Positions 57,189 to 64,000 of a DNA stretch of 64,000 nt are shown here, one piece after another (within the stretch, counting starts at the first letter, position 1; each line of letters starts with the position of its first letter). Source of the stretch: Bacteroidales bacterium (GTDB lineage: Bacteria; Bacteroidota; Bacteroidia; Bacteroidales; UBA932); assembly GCA_017934185.1 (NCBI GenBank), contig JAGBJY010000047.1, forward strand, positions 49,763-113,762. Direction: 5' to 3'. The position numbers and the translations under genes were made by a program. A model generated the notes under the pieces. That model was given only the letters and a program-made list of their open reading frames with translations. It did not search any database and was not told the DNA's origin.

Positions 57189-58196
57189 TTATTCAGAGCT
57201 GTTTTCGGGCCATCCCTGGGCTTTTACAGGGAATTCTACCCCTTCCGGGGTCACCAGGACCTCGCCGGCCTCGGGCTGCGCCAGATGGCCGATAACGTCG
57301 AACGTCTGGAACTCCCGACGGAATTTTTCCAGATGCAGGATGGGCACCACAAAGAGGAGGCGGTTGTCGTCCCCGCCGTTCATGGCGGCCGAGATGGGAT
57401 CCATGTTCAGTTCCTTCCCCAGGGCAAAACTGTTCCCCTCGAAGGGGATTTTATCGGCATAGACCTTTACGCCCAGGCCGCTGTCCCGCCCCAGGCGCTT
57501 GAGGGCGTCGGAAAGGCCGCGGGTGACAAAATACCCGTAGGAGGGATAAATTTCCACGTCTTCCAGGCGGGACACCACGGACGACTCCAGCTCCGGACGG
57601 AGGTAGGAGCCCACCAGCATTTTGTACTGGCCCATTTCCGGCTGCGTCCCTTTTTCCTGGAATTCCCGGGCGCCCCGCTCCAGCACCTGGAGGCCCAGAT
57701 AGGCGGCGCCAAGGCTGCCGGAAACACAAATCAAATCTTTGGATTTGGCTGCTAAACGACGTTTTTCAGTGATTAACGACGTTTCTCCCGTTGAAACCAC
57801 ACTAATAAACAGCCCGTTGTTGGAAGGCTGCAAGTCCAGGTTCACGGCCTCAACCCCGTGCTCCTTGGCGGCAACGGTGATGCCCATCCAGAGCTCCTTC
57901 ACTTGCCGGAAGTCCAGTTTGGCCGATATGCCCAGCACCACATTCAGCAGCTTGGGACGGGCAAGGGCGGCATAAAGCTCCCCCACTACGCCCACGACGC
58001 ATTTATAGCCAAGGTGCTTGAGCGGAAAATAGACCAGGTTAAAGTCGATACCCTCCAGGTACATCCGGGCCGCCGTAGTGATGCGCCCGCGCTTGGGGGA
58101 AGCATAGGCCAGGCCGCTAACGGGCGAGTATGCAGAAAGGCGATAGAGCTGGTCTATCGCCTCGATTCTGCCAATATCAGAGAAAGTTTCTGCCAT
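57189..58196 (-). CDS. thiL: ThiL (thiamine-monophosphate kinase)-like protein with degenerate active site
   Basis: LEGIDF.L.Y.PLKHLGYK, DLICVSG.LGAAY.GL..LER, AMNGG.D..LLF.VP and KAQGW match Bacteroidota ThiL, but the catalytic Asp motifs are altered. Confidence 0.75.
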   Translation of the reverse strand: MAETFSDIGRIEAIDQLYRLSAYSPVSGLAYASPKRGRITTAARMYLEGIDFNLVYFPLKHLGYKCVVGVVGELYAALARPKLLNVVLGISAKLDFRQVKELWMGITVAAKEHGVEAVNLDLQPSNNGLFISVVSTGETSLITEKRRLAAKSKDLICVSGSLGAAYLGLQVLERGAREFQEKGTQPEMGQYKMLVGSYLRPELESSVVSRLEDVEIYPSYGYFVTRGLSDALKRLGRDSGLGVKVYADKIPFEGNSFALGKELNMDPISAAMNGGDDNRLLFVVPILHLEKFRREFQTFDVIGHLAQPEAGEVLVTPEGVEFPVKAQGWPENSSE

Positions 58197-58236
58197 ATCA
58201 GAAGCGATTAACTTCTGCAAAGGTAGCAATTATTTC

Positions 58237-59184
58237 TTACTTGAGGGACGGGGAAGCCACCTTGAAGTCGTTGGTGGAGTTGTTGGAGTCTATCAGGCGC
58301 TTGTCCACCACCTTGCGGGAGACCGCTTTTCCGTACTTGTTCACATCGTCGTCGCCCACGCCTGTCCAGCCGGCATCGAACTTGGGCCCCCAGGGATTCT
58401 GGTAGTAGGATGCGGGGGTGGTGCAGTTGACCGCATCCAGCACCCAGGAGGCGGGAATGACAAAAGCATCATCCTCGGCAATATCATCGTCGAAGTCCCA
58501 TTCTTTAAAAATCATGTGCTTGGTGCCGCTCCAGTGCCTTTCTGTCATAATGCTCTCCGGCGTTTCGCCCGCAGGCACGCGCACAATGGCAAAGCTCTCC
58601 AGGCCGCGGTGATGGAAAATCGTTACGGTGAAGGAACTCTTAAACCAAACGTCAAGGTTGGCCACGTCGGGATTGTCCGTATCCGGGAAAAACTCGTTCT
58701 CTCCGTCATAGAATTCAAAATCGGCCTTGGAAAGATCTACGGCGTTGGGGTTTTCATCCGTATATTTTTTTGCGTCGATGGCAAGGACAATGCTCTCGCC
58801 GGGTTTGATGGGGTGGTCGGTGCCGTTACCGGGAATCATGTACATATCGGTGACCACCAGGCCGTCCGGCAATTCAGGATAAGTATAATACGCACCGGTT
58901 TCTGTGATAAATCCGTCAATGTAATTGGATACGAACATCACCCTGTCGGCATAGACCACCTCGGAAGAGGTGTTGGTGAGCTTGATGTACTGGTCGTCAT
59001 CGCCGCTGTCCTTCCCCGCAACGGGGCTCCCGGTAAAATAGATTTCCTCAATCACCAGCCCCTTGGCATAGTACACCTGGGTGCCGTCTTCCAGCTGGGT
59101 TCCTTCCGGGGTAATAAATTCGGGCTTGGTGCAGGCCGCCAGCAAAGCAGCAGCCATGGCCGTAAAGAAAAGTGTTTTTTTCAT
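58237..59184 (-). CDS. DUF4876 family lipoprotein
   Basis: Lipobox LLAAC; LVIEEIYFTG, DQYIKL.N, IPGNG, DLSKADFEFY, DNPDV, WVLDAV, LIDSNNSTNDF. Confidence 0.85.
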   Translation of the reverse strand: MKKTLFFTAMAAALLAACTKPEFITPEGTQLEDGTQVYYAKGLVIEEIYFTGSPVAGKDSGDDDQYIKLTNTSSEVVYADRVMFVSNYIDGFITETGAYYTYPELPDGLVVTDMYMIPGNGTDHPIKPGESIVLAIDAKKYTDENPNAVDLSKADFEFYDGENEFFPDTDNPDVANLDVWFKSSFTVTIFHHRGLESFAIVRVPAGETPESIMTERHWSGTKHMIFKEWDFDDDIAEDDAFVIPASWVLDAVNCTTPASYYQNPWGPKFDAGWTGVGDDDVNKYGKAVSRKVVDKRLIDSNNSTNDFKVASPSLK

Positions 59185-59188
59185 CGCT

Positions 59189-60646
59189 TTAAAAATTTAA
59201 ACCTATAAATAATTTGTATGTGTTGTCTTGAATATTGGTGACCAGGCAATCGGCCCCGGCATAGACCGACAGGGAGCGCAGCAGCCGGCGCTGGGCCTTG
59301 ACGGAAAGCCCGGCCCCAAGGCGAAAGCGCTCCAGACGCTCTTTCCGGAGGGTGTAATATTCCGTAAGAGCCGGCATGGTAAACTGCTCCGGGATAATCA
59401 GTTGCGCCCCAAAGGGGACATAGCCTTCGGCCCGGGCCGATACGCCCAGGAGCCACGAGCCGAAGCCCTGAAGCCACGAGGCGCCCAGGGAAGAATCCAG
59501 CCCGGCCGAAGACAGGACGCGGCCGGGATAATTGTGCTGCGCATGGAACCCTTCCGCGGCAAGCCCGCCCGTGAAAAGAAAAGGACCGGCGATATATGTT
59601 CCCTGGGCGCCGGCATCGAAGCTCAGGCGGGAGAACATGGCAAAACGCATGAGCGTTTGCACCAGTCCCCGGTTTCCGTTGTCCAGGACATACTCCAGGC
59701 CGCTGCGGAAACCGCCGTTGACATGCGCCTGTACCTTCCATTTTTGGGTGGCATACCCGCCCGACAAACGGGCCTCGCGCACAACCACTTCCTGGTAAGG
59801 CGTTTCGTTCTGACTGGGAAGATAGTGGACAATGTCCGTCATCTCATAGGAGAAGAAGCCAAACCACCCCTTTGCCCCCAGGAACGACAGCGAGGCGCCG
59901 ATGCCGCTGCCCCCGTAGCGGGTTGTCGTAGCCATGGAGTTGCTCCCTGCAAAACGCGCATAGTGGCTTCCAAGACCGGTAAGGTGGAAGACGGAGCTGT
60001 TGGCGCCCCGGGTATTGTAAAACGATATCTGGGAACTCTGGCTGTAGCGGAGGTATTTCACTCCGGCATCCAGCACGGCGCCCGAAGAAAGCCGGAATCC
60101 CGTGCTGAGTCCCAGGGTAAGGTCCGAGACAATATTCCTGGGGCGGGGATCGGCCTCACGCCATTCGTGCAGGGCCCTGTAACTGCCGGCAAAGCCATAG
60201 TGCCAGGCCCCCTTCCGGAACGCATAGGATCCGGAAAAAAAGTATTGTTCCCTGCGGCAGTCTCCCCCGACGGAATCGGCCACGGCGTATGGATAAACCA
60301 GGAAGTAATCGGAGGTGCTGTTCCACAGGACATTGCGCTTGATGCCGTTGCTGTACAAGACTTTACCGCCAACGGCCGAGGTGGAGTCTTTCCTGGACAA
60401 AAGGGAGATGCGGAGCGTTCCCTCCAGGCGATGGTCCCCTTCCTCCGGGAACAAAGGCGCCTTCTGTGAAGTTCCGTCCACGCCGGCTTCCACGGAAGAG
60501 TACGCGGCAAAGGGGGAGAGCAGGGCCGATGATGCCGTTTTTTCGGGCCTGGGAGCAAGGGAACGCTCCCGTTGGGCACTGCGCTCCAGCACCCCGAGGC
60601 TGTCGGGGGCAGAAACCAGCAGGAAAAGGGCGAGTAGCAGCGGCAT
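59189..60646 (-). CDS. DUF6850-type outer-membrane beta-barrel protein
   Basis: Start probably ATG 60646; YPYAVADSVGGD...EQY.F.G, YRA.HE.R..DPRPRN..SDL; terminal GLNF. Confidence 0.75.
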   Translation of the reverse strand: MPLLLALFLLVSAPDSLGVLERSAQRERSLAPRPEKTASSALLSPFAAYSSVEAGVDGTSQKAPLFPEEGDHRLEGTLRISLLSRKDSTSAVGGKVLYSNGIKRNVLWNSTSDYFLVYPYAVADSVGGDCRREQYFFSGSYAFRKGAWHYGFAGSYRALHEWREADPRPRNIVSDLTLGLSTGFRLSSGAVLDAGVKYLRYSQSSQISFYNTRGANSSVFHLTGLGSHYARFAGSNSMATTTRYGGSGIGASLSFLGAKGWFGFFSYEMTDIVHYLPSQNETPYQEVVVREARLSGGYATQKWKVQAHVNGGFRSGLEYVLDNGNRGLVQTLMRFAMFSRLSFDAGAQGTYIAGPFLFTGGLAAEGFHAQHNYPGRVLSSAGLDSSLGASWLQGFGSWLLGVSARAEGYVPFGAQLIIPEQFTMPALTEYYTLRKERLERFRLGAGLSVKAQRRLLRSLSVYAGADCLVTNIQDNTYKLFIGLNF

Positions 60647-60647
60647 A

Positions 60648-61046
60648 TCAGTCCAGATAAACAAGTTCAAGGGTGAGGGTCTCCCTGCCGGAGAGCAGGT
60701 TCACGGCATTTTGGGGATCGGCATGCCCGTAATGCCGCACGGAACGGGTGCTCCCGTCTTCAAGGGTGGCCACAGCGTCAAAACTCAGGAGATAAACCCC
60801 TTTCTGGACCCGCAGGAGGGCTTCGTTGTCCTCAAAAACAGGGTAGGTATAATTCATCCCGGTATTGAGGTTCCGGCACTGGTTGCCCTCCAGGGAGGAA
60901 CTTACCGTCATGGACGCCACCCGGGCCCCGTCCTCTGTTGCAAGCGAGAGGGTGAGTTCACAAAACAGCTCAGGCTCCACTTTGGTCCCGCAGGAAAGGA
61001 CCGAAAGGGCTGCCACCAGGTAGTATAGGATGTACTGTTTCCTCAT
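60648..61046 (-). CDS. Small lipoprotein, single beta-sandwich domain
   Basis: Lipobox LSVLSC; NLNTG..Y...V.KGVY motif; overlaps the stop of the TonB receptor gene. Confidence 0.7.
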   Translation of the reverse strand: MRKQYILYYLVAALSVLSCGTKVEPELFCELTLSLATEDGARVASMTVSSSLEGNQCRNLNTGMNYTYPVFEDNEALLRVQKGVYLLSFDAVATLEDGSTRSVRHYGHADPQNAVNLLSGRETLTLELVYLD

Positions 61047-63616
61047 AATTTAAAGGTAATCTCCATGCCGAAATAGGGTGTTGACGAGCGCCTTTTCACC
61101 ACGCCGTTGATTTCATAATCGGGCGCCAGGGTAAACAGGCGGTTCACAAAAAGGGCGGCCACGGCTTTTTCCTTGAACAGGGTTTTGGATATCTTGAGGT
61201 TCACATTCATATAGAACGGAACTTTCTGATACTCAAGCAGCGTGGAGGAGAACTGGCGCACCATGCGGTGAAGGACTCCGTCGGCATCGGAGGCCTCGGT
61301 ATAGGGGTGCAGCTGAAGGTCTTTGTCAAGATAGGCCACGGGGCGGGAGTCATCGGCCTCATACTGCTGTCCGGTGAACCAGGTGCACTGGAAGGAGGTG
61401 GTGAAGATGAGCCCCAGCCTGGGGACCTGGGTGTCGAAGAGGAAATTGGTGTTGAACGACTCGTACAGGCGGCTGTCGTTTTTGTCGTACAGGCCGATGT
61501 AGGGATAGTTTTTCCCGTTGATTACTACGGAAGGGCGCTCCCATTCCGGCTGGCTGTTCATGTAGCGGGTGAGAAACCATGCGCCGCTCACCACAACCCG
61601 CGTATTCACCACGGGAATCCGGGCCGATGAAAGCGTATATTCCACCCCTCGCTTGAGGGTGCGGCTGCCGTTGGTAGAAAGGCCGAAGGACACCAGCGCC
61701 GTATCCAGCACATAGGAAAGCTCTTCCAGCCGGGGCGCCTGCCCTCCCAGGGCGCTTTTGTCTATCTCTTCTTCCTTATAGTCTTTGAATATCACGCGCA
61801 TATAGTCCGAGCCGCCCCGGAATCCGGAAGTCATGTCTTCGGTGAAATAGTTCACTGAGGCGCTCCAGCCGTACCAGGAGGCATCGGCCCCCACCTCCCA
61901 TTTGAAGTTTCGGGCGAAACTGAGTTCATAGGGCGTGGTGTCTATGGTGTATACCAGGTAATTGATGCGCCGGAGTTCCTTCTCTACCGGCCAGTAATTG
62001 AGCTGGATGCGGTCCCGGTATTCCACCTCGGGATAAAGCATGTCCATGGTGGGGAATTTGGTATGGAATCCGGCGCCGGCATACACCCCTGTTTCCAGCT
62101 TATAGCCGCCGATAAAGGCCTGGGGGAAGTTAAGACGGACATTGGCCCGGGGGTCCACCGCCACTTTCCCTCGCAAGGCATAGGCCCGCGAAAGGCCCGG
62201 CATGGCCGATACCCGCACGCCGGCCGCCCACTCCAGGCCGAAGGCTCCCGCCCTAGCTTTTCCGCTTTCTTCCGCAAAAAAGGACAGAAGGGCGTTGGCG
62301 GGGATATCCTTGTAGGCCCTGGGCCGGGAAGACGTCCCTACGGTAAAAGGCCGCAGCGGGTCAAAAACCGAGCCCTCGCCGAAGTTTTTGTCCAGGTTCC
62401 ATTCCGCGCCCGCCAGGAGGGTTTGCCCCTTCCAGTGAAAACGCGAAGTGGCCCGGATAAAAGCATAGAAGGGCTTTCCGTCTACCGAGAGCGTTGCCTC
62501 ATAACGGGTGGGGAGCATCACGGCATCAAACTCCCCTGGTTCCCGGGAAAGGGAAATGGGCTCCTCCGAGGTTAGAATCACGTTTTTCCATCGGCTGATG
62601 ACGTCGTGGCCATAACTGAGCGAGGCCGACACCGACAGGCTGCGGAAGAAATCTTCTTCCCTTTTGGTGCGCATGACAAAGTCTCCGCCCAAATCGATGT
62701 GATTGTAACGGCTGGCATAGGTTTCGGCCGGAATCCCGTCAAACTGGTCCAGGTCCCGGTCCGACTTCTCATTGTCAAAAGACCCGGTATAATCCAGGCT
62801 TCCGGAAAGGCTGAAGGTATAACGGGTTCCCTGCATCCAGGCCCGGCTGGCCCTGAGGCTGCCCGTGACCCGCTTGTAATTCTGCCGGAGGTTTCTGGGG
62901 TCGGAGCGGGAGTCCAGATAATTGAGTCCCACATTGACCGTGCGTTTGTCTTTTCCTCCCCATTCCCAGCCTTTGCCGGCATACACCAGCTTGGAAGTCA
63001 TGTCGCTTTTGAAGCGGGCCCGCAGCTGATTGCCTCCTTTGATGCGTTTGATTTGAATGAGGCCGCTGGTGAGGTCTCCGTGCTCTACGGAGGCTATTCC
63101 CCTTACAACATCCACAGACTCAATTTCTTCTGTGGTGATGGTGCGCATATCGGTGCCCAGGTTCACATAATTGGACCCCAAATTGCTCCATGCGGGCGTG
63201 TACTGCAGGTTGGCATTGTTGTTCACCGGCTTTCCGTCAATGGAAAACTGCGTGCCCAGGGCCGATGTGATGTAATTGGAAGAGAGCGAGCCGGCAGCCC
63301 TGAGGTTCACAATCTGCGGACTTCCCAGGGCCGGATTCACCGAGTGTCCTCCGGGGAGCAGTTCCAAAATGTCGGCAATGCTGGAAGGCTGGATGTGGGA
63401 AATGGCATCGGCCCCGATTTTGGACGAAGACGTGAGCCCGCGGTTTTCCTGCGCCGTGATGATGACTTCCTTGATGGTGAAGGAAGAAAGGCTGTCCGGA
63501 TATTGCCAGGAGCCTGTGGTGTCGGGCTGCGAAGCGCCCCCCTGGGCCATGGCTGTAAGGGCGGAGGGCAGGAGGGCAAAAAACAAGCCGAGGTATTTCA
63601 CAGTCGCAGTTAACAT
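61043..63616 (-). CDS. TonB-dependent receptor (non-SusC type associated with DUF4876/DUF6850)
   Basis: AISHIQPSSIADILELLPG plug, IESVDVVRGIASVEHGDLTSG, terminal YFGMEITFKL; -7 TATCTTTG at 63627-63634. Confidence 0.9.
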   Translation of the reverse strand: MLTATVKYLGLFFALLPSALTAMAQGGASQPDTTGSWQYPDSLSSFTIKEVIITAQENRGLTSSSKIGADAISHIQPSSIADILELLPGGHSVNPALGSPQIVNLRAAGSLSSNYITSALGTQFSIDGKPVNNNANLQYTPAWSNLGSNYVNLGTDMRTITTEEIESVDVVRGIASVEHGDLTSGLIQIKRIKGGNQLRARFKSDMTSKLVYAGKGWEWGGKDKRTVNVGLNYLDSRSDPRNLRQNYKRVTGSLRASRAWMQGTRYTFSLSGSLDYTGSFDNEKSDRDLDQFDGIPAETYASRYNHIDLGGDFVMRTKREEDFFRSLSVSASLSYGHDVISRWKNVILTSEEPISLSREPGEFDAVMLPTRYEATLSVDGKPFYAFIRATSRFHWKGQTLLAGAEWNLDKNFGEGSVFDPLRPFTVGTSSRPRAYKDIPANALLSFFAEESGKARAGAFGLEWAAGVRVSAMPGLSRAYALRGKVAVDPRANVRLNFPQAFIGGYKLETGVYAGAGFHTKFPTMDMLYPEVEYRDRIQLNYWPVEKELRRINYLVYTIDTTPYELSFARNFKWEVGADASWYGWSASVNYFTEDMTSGFRGGSDYMRVIFKDYKEEEIDKSALGGQAPRLEELSYVLDTALVSFGLSTNGSRTLKRGVEYTLSSARIPVVNTRVVVSGAWFLTRYMNSQPEWERPSVVINGKNYPYIGLYDKNDSRLYESFNTNFLFDTQVPRLGLIFTTSFQCTWFTGQQYEADDSRPVAYLDKDLQLHPYTEASDADGVLHRMVRQFSSTLLEYQKVPFYMNVNLKISKTLFKEKAVAALFVNRLFTLAPDYEINGVVKRRSSTPYFGMEITFKL

Positions 63617-63670
63617 TTTTGGACTGCAAAGATACCCCGGCCAAAAAGTTTGGGCAATCCCTATTTTTAG

Positions 63671-64000
63671 TTATTGTTGGAGACGGAGCTTCACCCGGGA
63701 ATCGGTGGAAGAAGTGAAACTGATGCCCGGAAGGTTCCTCTGATGGGGATAAGCGCGGGACATGCTGTCAACGGGAGCAAAATCGCTGCTTCTGAGGGCC
63801 CAGAAACGTTCTCCCTTGTCGTCAGAGACCTTTACCGTATAATAGAACATGTCCCCCACGATGAGGAGGTCTTCCTTGCGGGGGTTGAACGGCACGGTGG
63901 TATTGATGATGCGGCCGTCCGGGCAGAGGAACTGAAGGCAGCCGTCCGCTCCGGTAAGGTAGCCCAGCGTGGCATGGTTCTCAAACTCCGTAATCATCAG
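63671..64000 (-). CDS. Hypothetical protein, C-terminal part (runs off the right edge)
   Basis: Frame open from the window end to the stop at 63671; host-like codon usage; no recognisable motif. Confidence 0.55.
   Translation of the reverse strand: MMITEFENHATLGYLTGADGCLQFLCPDGRIINTTVPFNPRKEDLLIVGDMFYYTVKVSDDKGERFWALRSSDFAPVDSMSRAYPHQRNLPGISFTSSTDSRVKLRLQQ

Noticed and set aside
57721-57820. AT-rich patch with an AACGACGTTT duplicate inside the thiL-like gene (similar patches near 21520-21600 and 55050-55085)
   Set aside because: Reading frames are intact and no clear promoter or structure is present; cannot be distinguished from local codon variation.

Overview
GC-rich Bacteroidota (Bacteroidales-type) chromosomal segment. 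The assignment is inferred from SusC/SusD genes, TAnnTTTG promoters and mostly absent Shine-Dalgarno motifs. 1-24.3 kb is a hexosamine-oriented polysaccharide utilisation locus (PUL) running off the left edge. It has a divergent XylR-type regulator, ROK kinase, GH2 exo-beta-glucosaminidase-like enzyme, alkaline phosphatase, GH20, two tandem SusC/SusD pairs and four surface lipoproteins. The second SusC carries an in-frame C-terminal OmpA-type peptidoglycan-binding domain. 24-47.6 kb holds a CYTH/hppA/acid-phosphatase operon, pheS, a C69 dipeptidase with an SGNH-SGNH-MBOAT O-acetylation cluster, a second acid phosphatase, an N-domain-less clpB, a sigma54-activator/lptE/secG operon, a TPR lipoprotein, a membrane LytTR protein, an SSS symporter and rsmA. 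47.8-52.5 kb is an AT-richer cassette (TPR-TM-HTH regulator, DUF3244-like protein, three orphan lipoproteins). It is followed by dnaE, a DUF4923 gene, a catalytically degenerate ThiL homologue and a TonB-receptor/DUF6850/DUF4876-type operon. A fixed-length 89-bp intergenic element (two 25-bp boxes around a palindromic core) occurs four times. No rRNA, tRNA, CRISPR-cas, transposase or integrase was recognised. All calls come from motif recognition by eye, without database searches.
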